In this document: positions 42,275 through 60,989 of the stretch, one piece after another
How positions within the stretch are numbered: the stretch's first letter is position 1
How the letters are laid out: each line of letters starts with the position of its first letter
Assembly: GCF_009914755.1 (NCBI RefSeq)
Contig: NC_060938.1
DNA from: the human T2T-CHM13v2.0 reference genome, Homo sapiens
Direction: 5' to 3' (one strand)
Length of the DNA stretch: 64,000 bases
Program-made: the position numbers and the translations under genes
Notes under the pieces: model-generated
The model's input: only the letters and a program-made list of their open reading frames with translations
Told to the model about the DNA's origin: nothing
Database searches by the model: none

Positions 42275-43697
42275 AAATAAATGTCTGAGACTGGGTAATT
42301 TATGAAGAAAAGAGGTTTAATTGGCTCACAGTTCTGCAGGCTGTACAGGAAGCGTGATTCTGTCATCTGCTCGGCTTCTGGGGAGGCCTCAGGGAGCTTA
42401 CAATCATGACGGAAGGCAAAAGGGAAGCAGGCACTTCTTATGTGACTGGAGCAGGAGGAAGAGAGAGGGGGAGGTGCCACACACTATTAAATAACCAGAT
42501 CTTGTGAGAACTCACTCGCTATATAGTACCAAGTGGGGATGGTGTTAAAACATGAGAAACCGGCTCCATGGTCCAATCACCTCCCTCCAGGCCCCACTTG
42601 TGGCATTGGGGATTATATTTCCACATGAGATTTGGGTAGGGACACAGATCCAAACCATATGATATACCATAAACCATAGAGCAATGGTTAAAACTCAAAA
42701 CCAAATGAAGCAAAAATAGTTATATGAAAAAGGCCAACAAAGAAGATTAAATGAAATAAAAATACTCAACAAATTCAAAAGAAGTCAAAGAGGAACAGGA
42801 GAACAAACTACAGATGGGACAAATAGTAAGCAAACAGGAAGATGACCAAGTAAAACCAAACTCTCTGGCATTCCACCAGTTGTGTGTGATTATTTAGCAA
42901 CTCTCTGCCTCTGACAACCATACATGTCACACAGGGTTGTCATCAGAGCTTGCCACATGTGATATGGAAAGCCTGCTGTTTACAGACCTGCAATCATTAT
43001 ACATTAGCTCGTATTGTTGGTAACAGAGACCCAGGTGTCTGTGTTGGTCATGCTGACACCTCCCTTCTCATTGCTCTGCTTTCCTCCTCCTTTGATCCCT
43101 TTCTGTACTTCCACGCCCCACACCATCTGGTTGGAGAAGATTCTCAGCCTCTCGGTCTGCAAATGTTCAAAGTCCATGAATCAAATAGCCAACAAATGTA
43201 TTTCTGTACGTTTATCTACTACCCAGGGATCCAGGAGAAATGCTTTCCTTCCTGCAAGAAGTCCGTGGCTGCTGATGCCAAGAATCTGCTCTCTCTATCC
43301 TCTTGTCTTTTCTGATCTGCATATTCTCAACTGCCCTGCATTTCTGGGAAGACTTTACACAGAGACAACTACGAGTTTTTGTAAGAAGAGGAGGAGTCAC
43401 CACTTTGGGAACCATCCATTAGACGTTCCAATATTGCTGCAGACATGGACTTTGGCAAGTTCTCTTCTTCTCTGACACCCAGCCCTTCCCCCACTGGCAA
43501 CAGCAACTTGGGTTGGCTCTTCAGCTATGGCAGTGCCTACCTCTGGGGAACTGTGACTTTCTTTATACCCTATCTAATAACACAGTGTGTCCTTATACAT
43601 AGTAGGTGTTCAATATACATCTGTTGAAGGGATTTCATCACAGTTAAATCTGTGGAGAGTTCAACAGATAAGTGAGTTGCTCAAGATGGTCAGAGGC

Positions 43698-44058
43698 TGT
43701 CTTATTCCATTTGGGCTGCCGTAACAAAATACCTTAGCCTAGGGGGCTTATAAGCAGCAGAAATTTTGTCTCATAGGTCTGGATGCTGGCAAGTGGAAGG
43801 TCAAAGTAGTGGCAGATTAGGTGTCTGTTGAGGACCTGTATCTTACAGAGGGCACCTCCTAGCTGTGTCCTCACATGGTGGAAGGAGAGAACAAGCTCCC
43901 TTGGCTCCCTTTTACAAGGCCTCTTATCCCATTCATGGGCTCTTTGCTTTCATGGTGAAATCACTTCCTAAAGTCTTTGCCTCCTAATTCAAACCTAACC
44001 TATCAGGGATTAGTTTTAACACACGGATTTTAGGGACACACAAACATTGACTATAGCA
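43698..44058 (-). mobile_element. MLT1A-like MaLR LTR
   Basis: tgtcttattccatttgggctgcc...gactatagca; flanks GAGGC/GAGAC. Confidence 0.8.
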
Positions 44059-45994
44059 GAGACGTAGCTGGACCTGGGTCTGGGACCTTCTGGGTCCAGC
44101 TCCATTATGACACTCACACTGCACATGGCCTCCCACATGATGTAATTCTGTTCTGTGACATTGTGCCCATGAGGCAGGGATGCAGTAGAGGCCTCTGCAG
44201 ACATGGCTTGTTCTTGGGACGTCCGCCTGGCTTTATGCTGCAGGCCTGGAAGAATCCACCAGCTGCCCACTCTCATGCCTGACTCAGGTTCGTGGGTCCC
44301 TCCAGGCGCATGTCAGATAACCCACTCAATTTTTTACTTGCCCCACCTCCCTGAGTTCCCTTCTGAACTCAGGGACCATGGAGGGAGCTGGGAGTCTCTG
44401 TTTTTAGTTCATGCATTTGTCTCCTATTTGGGAACAATGCCCAGCCAAGGGAATCTCTTTCCTACTGTTTTCTAAGAACATCAGGGGTTTCCTCCAAACT
44501 CTTCACCCACTCCCTCCATAATTCTTTCTCCCTCGGGGACACAGGGCACAAGCCCACTTCCTGTGTGAAGATCCTGCCACAGGGTGGCTCTTTGGTTTTC
44601 TGCGGGTATCCAGAGAAGAAGCTAAAGGTGAATGCACTCCGGAATCCAGGAGCACTGGCGATTTTCTCTCATTAGCTCAGCTAGCATCCCCACAGATAGC
44701 CCTCGCCCCACCCTGGGCCCCTTGAATCCATACCATAAAGTGTATGTCAGTTTGTTCAACTAAGGACCCCGCTGAGTATTTAATCCCTATTTAAAGATGA
44801 TGTTTATTTTATTTTTGAGTTTAAATTAATCAGCCTCAGGATACAGAATTAGATAAGGTCGGGATTTAGCTCCCCTGGAATGATTCATTTCACATCGAGC
44901 CTTCTTAACTCTTTGGCTGCAGAGGGGAAGTGCCTGTGTCTTTCTCTGCAGAGTTGCCTAGGGCTGGCCAGGTGAACAGACACGCTCCCTCCTCCCCATC
45001 CTGCCAGCCAGGGCACGGTGTGTGCTTATGATGCAGGGAGTTAGAATACTAGCCTTTTCATCACAACAGTCATAAATCCTCACACAGGGAAATAGAGATA
45101 ACATACAAGTAGGAAGAAAAGAAAAAAGAAGCAGTCTTGAATTCTGCTACCTAAAGATAACCATTGTTACCATGTAGGCAAGCTTCCTTTCATGCTGAGT
45201 CAAGTGTTTAAAAAATATGGCTCAATATTACAAACACACAGGACTGCGTAGAGGATAATGGTATTAAACTTTCTTGTACCTCCCAGTTAAAATTCAAATG
45301 TGGTAACATTTGGATGCATTTGCTCCAGAGTTTAAGGGAAGAAAACATTACGGATTCAGCCATAATATTCAAGCTGAAGCTCAAGTTATATGCCCCTTTT
45401 CCAGTCCAGTTACCACCACCCTCCCACTATTCTGAAGTCAATGTGTGTCTTCCCATCCATGTTTAATACCTAGTGTGCATGTCCATGAAGAATGGATAGT
45501 ATTTTTTTGGTCTGTTTTTGCAATTTTATACAAATAACAGTCCATACATACTCTCCTGAAAGTTGCTTTTCCCTTCAACAATATCTTCCAGATGAATCCA
45601 GAATTCTGCATTTCTGGTGAGCAGAGGATGCGTGCCTCCCCCTGCAACCACCACCCCAAGATGATGCTGATGTTCTGGTCCAAAGCCTGCACGTAGCCTG
45701 GTGAGACTTGGGGTCTTGGGACAGGTCTGTTGTCAGCCCTTCCTAGGAAGCACAGCCAGATGACCTTGGGGCTGGAATCCTCACAATGCCCCTCGCCAGC
45801 AGTGCTCACATCCATCTTCACTCATTTTCATCAATATTTGTTATCGCACTTTTTGATATTGTTCCTGGAATTTGCAGTGCAGCTGAACGTGTGCCTTGTG
45901 TTTCCCAGCCCTTCGGGTCTCCTTCTCTGTGAATTGCTCCTGGTCCATAAGTCTGTTGGATCTTTGGTTTCTCCTTGCTGACTTGTAAGTACTA

Positions 45995-46285
45995 TTTTTT
46001 TTTTAGACGGAGTTTTGCACTTGTTGCCTAGGTGGGAGTGCAATGGCACTATCGCGGCTCACCACAACTTCCGCCTCCCTGGTTCAAGCGATTCTCCTGC
46101 CTCAGCCTTCTGAGTAGCTGGGATTGCAGGTAAGTGCCACCAAGCCCAGATAATTTTGCATTTTTAGTAGAGACGGGGTTTCTCCATGTAGGTCAGACTG
46201 GTCTCGAACTCCCGACCTCAGGTGATCCACCTGCCTCAGCTTCCCAAAGTGCTGGGATTACAGGCATGAGTCAACACGACTGGCC
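45995..46285 (-). mobile_element. Alu
   Basis: Reverse-strand Alu dimer. Confidence 0.93.
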
Positions 46286-46363
46286 AATTTTGATTTTAAT
46301 GATCTGGATATAAATGCTTTTTTGGCCAAATACCTTACAAATATGTTTTCCCTATTGGTGCAC

Positions 46364-46718
46364 TGTATTAGTCCATTTTCACACTGCCGATAAAGGCGTA
46401 ACCCAGATTGGGAAGAAAAAGAGGTTTAATTGGACTTACAGTTCCACATGACGGAAGAGGCCTCAGAATCATGGTGGGAGGTGAAAGGCACTTCTTAAAT
46501 GGCAGTGACCAGAGAAAAATGAGGATGATGCAAAAGTGGAACCCCCTGATAAAACCGTCAGATCTCGTGAGACTTATTCACTACCAGGAGAACAGTATGG
46601 GGGAACGGTCCCCATGATTCCAATTATCTCCCACTAGGTCCCTCCCAGGACACAGGAGAATTATGGGAAGACAATTCAAGATGAGATTTAGGTGGGGACA
46701 CACAGCCAAATCATATCA
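46364..46718 (-). mobile_element. THE1A-like MaLR LTR
   Basis: tgtattagtccattttcacactg...catatca; TSD TGCAC at 46359-46363 and 46719-46723. Confidence 0.9.
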
Positions 46719-48466
46719 TGCACTGTCTTTGTCTTTTAACTTTATTCATCGCCTCTTTTGTCAGATCAAAGCTTCTACATTTAATACAACTGAATGAATT
46801 TATCAGTAATTTATTTTACGGTGTCTGTGTTTTGTGTCATATAAAATTTTTCTCTCTGCTTAGTGTCATAAAATATGTCCTCTGTTTTCTTCTAAAAATT
46901 GGAAATCTACTTTTCATATTTTATTTCCTTTGTTATTTGATTTGTAGGGATGTGAGGTAGAAATCTCTATTAATTAACTCTAGCTTTGTAACAAGTAATC
47001 CCACACCTCAGAGGCCTACGACCATAGGCCACCATTTCTCACTCATGAGCATGGGTTGCTTGGGAGGTTTCAGCTCGAAATGTGGTGGTTGAGCTGCATC
47101 TGCTCCAAGTGTCTCTGATCCTCCTGGGGTCGGGGCCTGCCAGGGTGCCTTCTTCTCATGGCAATGGCAGGAGTGCAAAGAACAAAGGGAAATGTGAAGA
47201 TCTCTTATCTTACCACCCAGGCTCAGAATGGGCAGACAACCACTTTACCACATCCATTGGCCAATGTGAGTCAAGTGGCCAAACCAGAAGTCAAGGGCAG
47301 GAAATTTAAGTATGAATCCCATCTCCACGTGCTATGATTTCCTGGGCTTTCAACTTCTTGAGGCTGAATTGTTTTACTCTCACCTCCCCAGACTGCAGAA
47401 AACACATTTTCTCCAGGACTCGTTGAGCCATAGGGCATAATGATTGTAGTTGACAAGGACTAGATGGAACTCAAGGCTCCAGCCTCTGTGCAGTGGACAG
47501 GTGCCATCTGGCTCCTGAGGCCACTTCCTTCCCCTTGTCCCCATCTAGGGCCTCTGTTCTGCTCCAATCTCCCTGTCATTCTGCCCAGGCCTTCCAGGCA
47601 TCAGCCTCTTAATTGTTCCTGGATTTGTTCCCTGTCTTCACTTCTATTATGTGAGGGTTTCCATCCTTATTTGGTATAAGAGGACTGGACTGAGTCAGCT
47701 CAGCCTGTCACATCCCCACTGTCAGAACCTGGGTAACCCTGAGTGCTCAGCATGAGTGGGGTCCCCCAGTGTCTCCCTCCACAGCACGTTCTGAAGGCAT
47801 AGGAGCTGGACTGACATTCGGGACACCTAAACCTTTGTTCCACTTCTGCCATGACAGCTTCATTGGTCCAGGCAAATCATGGCAGCTCTCTATGCCTCAT
47901 TTTTTTATTCCTCACACAATGGAATGACATTACCCTCAGTGCTTACGTAAGGGAAGAGAAATGATTCCCCTGCCTTCTCCCCATTTTTGCATTTGCCAGA
48001 GCATCAGATTTTTGTGTGTGGCCAAGAATATAGGGAAGGAAGAGCAGGTAAGCTTTGGGTGCAAAGAGGGCATTTAGGGGTTTCAATTAAGGAAAGAAAG
48101 TCGGGGGCAGAGAGGGGTGGTGGAGCATGATCTTTGGCCAATAGTGAGGAACTAATGAAGTGCAATGTGCATGGGTTAGGGTGTGTAGCAGCCTGGGTCC
48201 CATCAAAAGATAGAAACCACACAGTGGGTCTAACAGGGAAGTGTAGGATAAAGGATTGCAACTATGATAAAAGAGTAACTGTAAGACATAAAGCAACTCT
48301 GCCTGGTGCCCTAGTGCAGAGGGAGGTACCCAAGGAAGCACAGATTTGAAAGGTGTTCAGATGTCATAAAATGTGGTTCAACCACCACATAAGAGACGTT
48401 TGTGGGTTTGGGCAGGCTGGAGCTAGTCAGCAGCTTTTGCACCAGCACTAGGCCACCCACTGGATT

Positions 48467-48670
48467 GCAGGTGAGGGAGCCAGCCATGAGCTGCTGGAGT
48501 GCAGGGGACGGAGCCGGCTGTGAGCCGCTGGTGTGCAGGGGAGGGATCCGGCCGTGAGCACCTGGTGCAGGTGAGGGAGCAGGCCGTGAGCCGTTGGGGC
48601 AGGTGAGGGAGCTGGCCATGAGCCGCTGGAGTGCATTTGAGGGAGCTGGCCATGAGCCGCTGGTGCAGGG
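48467..48670. repeat. GC-rich minisatellite, about 6 copies of a 32-35 bp unit
   Basis: Consensus approximately GCAGGTGAGGGAGCTGGCCATGAGCCGCTGG(AG)T. Confidence 0.85.
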
Positions 48671-49287
48671 ATGCATGGAGGGAGTCTGGCTGCCTTTGTA
48701 GGGCAGGAAGCCTCCAGAACGCGTGAGTCTTGCAGGGTCTGGCAGTAGGAATGACAGCTCTGTGCGGACCCTCTAGACTACAGGTCACTGTGTGCAGGTT
48801 ACAAAAGGGGTACAAGAGGGGGTCTGGGCAACTTTTCAAGAATTTTCATATCACATGGGCCGTGCAGCGTTTTGGTTTCCATGTCGAGATGTTGCAAGCC
48901 AAGGCTACAAGGTGGCTGAGGGACCATGCCTAGGTCTGCGGTTGGGGCTTGAACATGATCTAAGCCCAGCCAGAGAGCTCTTGTCCTCCGCAGTCTCTCC
49001 ATTCTCTACCTAGATGCCTTCAGAATGTTCACTTCCAGAAGGTATATTGAACAGTGTTTCCCAGATTATCACAGTGCACATATTGAAAGGTGCACTAGGA
49101 GCTGGGAGGCAATAGACTGAAAACTGACCCTGGAGACGCTGGCTCATGGTAACGACGAGTAGCTGAAAAGGAGTGGGAAGGAACTAACTGTAATTTTACA
49201 TCAATGATCTGCATCTTTGTTTTGACGTTTTGTGGCAACCAAAATGACTATTCTTTCTACCCTCCTAGTTCAGTCATAGCCTGAGAC

Positions 49288-49652
<365 letters not shown>

Positions 49653-49814
49653 TAAGAAGTGGCTCATGGCTGATTGTGTTTTCTTTGCTCTGTTTCTGGA
49701 ACTGTGGGAGCATCTTCTGGGATAAGGGTCTGTCTGTTTGAGTCTCTGAATGACTACGACCACCAGAGCCCCTTTGTTGACCCGTGATGGATGTGAAATC
49801 AATTGAGAACTCAA

Positions 49815-50139
<325 letters not shown>

Positions 50140-50412
50140 TCAACTTTGCTGTTTAAGCCACTGAGGTTTGGGGGCTTGTTTGTTATACAGCATCACTTGT
50201 CCTGACCAATGCATGACTCATTTCATCTTTGGCACAGCCCCTGAGAGAAGGGGTTTTATCCTCATTTCACAAATGAAGAGTCAAGTCTCAGAGAGGTTAG
50301 CAGCATGAGCAAGCTCACACAGTGAGGGGTGGAGCTTGGATTTGAATCCAGGTCTGTCTAACCTCAAAGACTGAATTGGGGATGAAAATAAGTTGTCATT
50401 GTTGTTTGCCTG

Positions 50413-50580
50413 TCATCCAGGTGATGTAACTCTTGTCTAGGCTCTGCCTATGGGGGCTTTGTGACATATCTCTGCACTGATCACCCAGGTGAGGTAACTC
50501 TTGTCTAGGCTTTGCCTATGGAGGCTTTGTGACATATCTCTGCACTGATCACCCAGGTGATGGGACTCTTGACTAGGCTC
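50413..50580. repeat. 68-bp beta (Sau3A) satellite, about 2.5 monomers
   Basis: Monomers start at 50413, 50481 and 50549 (period 68): tcacccaggtgatgtaactcttgtctaggctctgcctat...gtgacatatctctgcactga. Confidence 0.95.
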
Positions 50581-50859
50581 TTCTATCCTTGGATTGTAAC
50601 CTTGCAGGATCTTGAACTCATATCCTTTCAGGGATCATAAAAGTGAGCACATCAAAGCTGCCACGATAAAGTTGTGGAAAAGTGGGCAATATTGCCAAAT
50701 GCAAAATATCTGGACTATATTTTGGTCTGAGATCACCGTTTGAGATTCCTGGAAGATAGGGAATATGGAGACCAATTCCCATAGGGATGTTGTATAAGAC
50801 TCCAAGCCCTAAGTCAATGATCTTAACCCTGTGGATCAGCACTCTCCATGTAATGGGGC

Positions 50860-51250
50860 ATCTTAACCCATTTTGTGCGGCTATAACAGAATATCATAGA
50901 CTAGGGAATCTATAAAGAAAAGAAATTTATTTCTTAGAGTTCTGGAGGCTAGGAAGTCCAAGGATGAGGAGGTCTGCATCTGGTGAGGGCCTTCTTGCTG
51001 TGTCATCTCATGGCTGAAGGCAGCAGAGCAAGACTTTCAGAAAGAAAGAGAGCAAAAGGGGCTGAACTTGTTTTTAATACAAGCCCACTCCAAAGATAAC
51101 TAACCTACTCCTGAGATAGTGACATTAATCCGTGCATGGGGGCAGAATCTCATAATCCAATCACTCTTATTAGGCCCTGCCTCTCAACACTGTCACATAG
51201 AGGATTAAGCTTCCAACATGTGAGCTCTGGGAGACACATGCAGACCATAT
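50860..51250 (-). mobile_element. MSTC/MSTD-like MaLR LTR
   Basis: gctataacagaatatcatagact...agttctggaggctaggaagtccaag...gcagaccatat. Confidence 0.8.
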
Positions 51251-51479
51251 ATGGGGGATTGATGAGTGTATGGGAGGGACCAGTCATTAATATTTTGGCT
51301 GAGAGTTGTGTTTGAGAGTTGAAGCCATACTCCTTCATGGCAGGGCACACATAGACCTTTGAATGCTCTGAGGAATGAATATTGAAGCGTGTAACTCATG
51401 GCAGAAGGTGGAATATTTAAAAGGCAAAACTGCCTGGGTCACATAAAAGAGTGAACAAACAGCCTGTAGCCTGTGGCTG

Positions 51480-51841
51480 GCTCCTCTTCCCTTTCCGTCC
51501 CCACCTTTCACCTTTCTCTCTTTCTTTCTTTCCCTCCCTCCCTCTCTCTCTCCCTTCCCCCCCACTCTCCTTCCTTCCTCTCTTCCTTCCTTCCTCTCCC
51601 TTCCTCTTTCTCTCCCTCCCTGCTTCCTTGTTTCTTTCCTTCTTTCTCTTTCCCTCTTTCTCTCCCTCCTTCCTTCCTTCTCTCTCATTTCCTTCTCTAT
51701 TTCTCTCTTTCCATCTTTCTCTCCCTCCATCCTTCTTTCTCTCATTCTTTCCTTCCTTCTCTCTTTCCTTCTTTGTCCCGTTCTTTCCTTCCTTCTTTTC
51801 TTCCTCCTTCCTTCCTGCCTTCCTTTCTTCTCTCTTTCTTT
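51480..51841. repeat. Polypyrimidine (CCTT/CT) low-complexity tract
   Basis: Seen directly. Confidence 0.95.
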
Positions 51842-52957
51842 GACTGATGTGTTCTGAGCCCAAGCACCCTGTGGGGTACTAAGTGGTACCAAAATTGACT
51901 CAAGAATCAGGAAGAAATAGAAAACCTAAGAAGTACTACAACATGAAGAACATAAAATCTCTAGTAAAATAAAATCTTTCACAAAGGAAGGACTAGGCCC
52001 AGATGGTTGTATGAGCAAATTTTACAGACTTCCAAAGAATGGATCATTCTAATTATGTCCCAAACAACTGTAGCTAGAAATATTAATGCTTGATTTTTCA
52101 AAAGCCTCATTTCCTAAAATCTGTAGGTTCAAAGGTAGATTGGCATGTGTTGGAAATCCTCAAATGTTGTGCAGTTCCTTGGAGTTTTAGCATTAAAAAA
52201 GAAAGGCCTTGCCTGCATTAACTTTGAATTTTGTAAGAGTTACCAGTTAATAGAGATACTGTATGCATTTATATACACTCTGATTTTATAGGAATGGAGG
52301 CATATTACACACATGTCTCTGCACCCAGGTTTTTTACTTTGTAACATATCTTGGACATCAGTTTTGAGCATCTTTTTAAAATTTGTTTTTTAAAAATAGC
52401 TGCATAGTATTCTATCATATGAATAACCATAATTTCAATAAACAGTAAGGTGATAATCATTAATGTGATCGACAAACATTAAGGTGATTTCTAGACTTTT
52501 GTTAATTAAAAAGGTGGTATAATACTTTCTCCCATTCATACATAATTCCAGGCATCATGAGTACGTCTGTAGGGTAAATTTCTGGAAATGAAATTGCTGA
52601 ATCAGAGAGTATTGCCATTTATAATTTTGGTATATATTGTTTAATCACAATTGATAAAGCTTGTACAAATTTATAATCCCAGTAACAAGATGTGATTACC
52701 ACTTCAAAATCCGCAACTTCACTGGCAGTGCTTGAAGTCATGATGCCTATTGCCAGCCTCCTTTCAAGTAAAGTTCTATTAACCCTACAAAATTTTATAA
52801 ATGGCAGACATTACATTTCCAGATAGCTTTGCGATAACCAAAAAAGAATTGATTTATTAGCAATTTTTATCACATTGAAACAAAATATTATTTTTGATAA
52901 ATATCATTATTGTTATGTATTTAAAACATCTCATGTAATAAGAAATCATACTTTAGA

Positions 52958-57472
<4,515 letters not shown>

Positions 57473-58569
57473 CTTTACGTAAATGCATAAAGTCTAGAAC
57501 AGCTAATATATTATAATGAAAAGTCAACTATAATCCCAGCTCAAAGAGAACACCATAAAATTATGAAGGGCTCTCCACAAATGTCTAAATTTATGTCTTC
57601 CTAAGATTACATTTCTATTTCTTCTTGAATAATTTCCTCAGTTTAGCTATGATTTAGTGATAGTAAGATGGTAATTATGAGGAGAAAATTCTCCTAACAC
57701 TCCATTGAGAAAATTCTGCCTCATTTCACCACACACCTGAGTCTTAAGCAGTCACTTCTAATGTAGCTGAATAATAGATCCTCACCCAGCTGAGTCTATG
57801 AGTTGAATCCATGTATGTGAGATAAGGCCCCCAAGGAGAGGTAATAATCTGGGAATGCCATCAGCTCATCTTTCTTCAGGCCTATATTTGTCATTGTCAC
57901 TTGTAGAAGCAGGACAGCCCTGGCATTGGTATTGGTAGTAACAGAGAGTATCAAAGGGAAAACTGAACTTCCCTAATTTTTGGAAAAAAGCAGATTGGAA
58001 ACAGATGGGCTCCAACGTTTTCCATGTGTGAGGTCATTGTCCCAGGTAGTCTTGCTCAGGACATTTCTTGTCAGCAAAACAGAAGTCAAACGATATTTCT
58101 ACCTTCCAAGAGAATAGAACATAATGTCAGATTTTCTCATGGATTCCCATAAGTTCGAGAAACTTCCATGGCCTTATTTAACTGCTTAAGCAGTTCAACT
58201 AAAAAATTATTTGTCTTCAAATACAAGAAATCTGTTTGGAAAAATTTTAACCAGAAAAAGTTGGAATTCTAAAGTAAAAAATGCATAAGGCCATAAAAAT
58301 TTTTTACATCTTTTAATTTATATGTCAACTGGGGAAAGAAAAACATTCTCTGAAGTTTCCTTTATTACCAGCAATACAGGTGACTTATTCAGGTTGAATC
58401 TTAAAGGTAAACTTTAACTTAATTTTAAGTTTTGGCTAATTTTTAAGCATTTCTCAATCAACTACCATGATTTCATCTCAGAAACCAAAATCTCAATTTC
58501 ATTTAGACCTTTGAAATATTAAAACAGAAGCTTAAATGCTTCAAAATAATATTCATGTAGAGACTTACA

Positions 58570-60720
58570 TATGTGGACCAGGAATCTCCATGTATTACAG
58601 AAGTTTATGAGAACATAACAAATGTTGATACGCACATTTAATTCTGAAATAAAAACTTACAACAAATAAAACTAACAAATCAAGAAAATTTTGTAGGTTA
58701 CACATTTTATGTCTAAAAATATAGGTATGAAACACTCAAGGATGGATAAAAGAAGAAATCACAAGAGAAAATAGAAAATATCTAGAGACAAATTAAAAAC
58801 ATGAAATACCAAAAGTTAAGAGATACATAAAAAACAGTACCATAAGGGTAAAATTTATAGCTATAAGTGATTATAAAAAATAAGATACCGAATCAACAAC
58901 TTTACTCCTAAGGAACTAAAAACAGAGGGAAAAAGAGGGACTATTAAAGAGGGACAATTAAAAGCTAGCAAAATTTAAAAAATGATAAAGATAGCAGTGG
59001 AAATAAGTGTAATAGAGAATAGAAAAACAATATCAAAAATCAACAAAACCTAGTTTGTTCTCTGAAAAAGATCAAAACTGACAAAATTTTATCTAGATTG
59101 ACTAAGAAAAAAGGTAATATTCAAATTACTAAACTCAAAAATAAAATGGGTACATTACTAACACATTTTTGGAGTAAAAAAGGATGTAGGAGAGTACCAT
59201 AAGGAATTATACACTAAAAAATTGAAGAGCCTAAATAAAATGAACAAATTCCTAGAAACAAAAAACCTACTAAGACTGAATCAGAAAAGTTGAATAAACC
59301 TATTCAGCAAGGAGATTCAACAGGAAGATTGCATCAGTAATCGAAAACCCAGCAACAATGAAAAGCCTGGACCAGATGGCTTCACTGTTGAATTCTACCC
59401 AATGTTTAAAGCAGAATTAACACCACTTTTTCTCAAACTTTTTCAAAACATTGAAGACAAGGTAATTTTTTCTAACTTATTCTATGAGTACAGTATTACC
59501 CTGACACCAAGCCAGACAAAGGCACCATAAGAAAACTACAAACAAACATCCCTTATAAATGCTGATGCAAAAATCCTCAACAAAATACCAGCAACTCAAA
59601 CTTAGCAGTACATTAAAAGGATTATACACTATGAATGAGTATAATTGACTCCTGAAATAAAAGTATGTTCCAACTCATGAAAATCAGCATAATATCACAT
59701 TAACATAAGGAAAAAACCCTCATGTAATCATCTTAAGCAAAGAAGAAAAAGCATTTGTCAAAATTTAACCCACATTCATGATAAAATATAGTTAATAAAC
59801 TATAAAAAGAAAGAAAACACCTTAACATAATGCTATACAAAAAACAAAACAAAACAAAAAAACACAGCTAACATGGTGAAAGACTGAAAGCTTTTACCCT
59901 AAGAGCAAAAATAAGGATGCCTGCTTTTACTACTTCTATTTAATATAGTACTGAAGGTTCTGGTTAGTTAAAACAATAAGGTGAGTAAAAGAATTAAAGA
60001 TATTCCAATTTTTTTAAAAGTAAAATTATCTGTTTGCAGACGACCTAACCTCATATATTAAAAATCTTTTAATTTCTGTGAAATAAACTGTGAGATGCAA
60101 TAAATAAAATTTAGCAAAGCTGCAGGATACAAAATAATAAACAAAAATCAGTTGTATTTCTGCAATAACAATAAACTATCTGAAGAAGAAATCAAGACAA
60201 CAGTATCATGTATGATAGCATCAAAAGAATAAAATGCTTAGAAACCCACTTAACCAAGGAAATGAAAAACCTGTACAGCAAAAACTAGAAACATGGCATG
60301 AAAGTATTAAAGATGACACAAATAAATTAAAAGATATCATATGTTTATGGACTGGAAGACAAAATCTTGTCAAGGTGCCATTGTTATCTATAATCATCTA
60401 CAGATTCAATAAAATCACTGTAAAAATTCCAATATTTGAAAAAATAGAAAAATCTGTTCTAAAATTCAGATGAAATCTCAAAAAACCCCAAGCAGCCAAA
60501 TCAATCTTAAAAACTGACAAAGTCAGAGGACTAACACCTCCTGGTTTCAAACTTCAGTACGCAAAACAATGCTGTACCAGCGTAGAGACAGGGACAAAGA
60601 CCAATGCAATAGAAATAAAGAACCAAAAAATATGGTCATGATTTTTAACAAGGGCATCAATAGTGTTCAATGGGGAAAGGACGATATTTTTTTAAATGGT
60701 GTTAAAAATGGATATTTACA
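58570..60720 (+). mobile_element. Old L1M ORF2 fragment followed by a (TA)n/(TG)n microsatellite
   Basis: Degenerate ORF2 motifs (ggaccagatggcttcactg, gatgcaaaaatcctcaacaaaatac, ctgtttgcagacgac). Confidence 0.8.
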
Positions 60721-60932
60721 TATAGCTATCTATATTTATATGTATATACATTTATATGTATATATATTTATATGTGTGTGTGTGTATGTATATATATATA
60801 TATATATATATCCCAAATTAGCTTTTTGTCTGTCATGTATGTTGCAGATCTATTTCCCCAGTCTGTTGACTTTTGACTTTGAGGCATTTTTCTCTCATAC
60901 AAAATTTTAATTTTTATGGAGTCAAATACAAC

Positions 60933-60989
60933 CTTGGCGCCGATCTGGTTCCCGTACTGCCTGGCCTGCGTGAGCACGATTTCCCTCAT
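60933..60989 (-). pseudogene. TUBB8P: Orphan exon 1 of a TUBB8/TUBB4Q-type beta-tubulin (5' flank extends to ~61140)
   Basis: MREIVLTQARQYGNQIGAK followed by a GT donor at 60932-60931. The LT at residues 6-7 is typical of the TUBB8 clade. No further exons seen. Confidence 0.9.

Larger units (their letters stand above)
41042..42662 (-). mobile_element. MSTA-like MaLR LTR interrupted by an L1 and an Alu
   Basis: tgtattagtctgttc...ccaaaccatatga; 5-bp TSD TATAC at 41037-41041 and 42663-42667. Confidence 0.9.

Noticed and set aside
42850-45000. Unique-looking sequence with 60-150 aa ORFs
   Set aside because: No recognisable domain; lengths are expected by chance.
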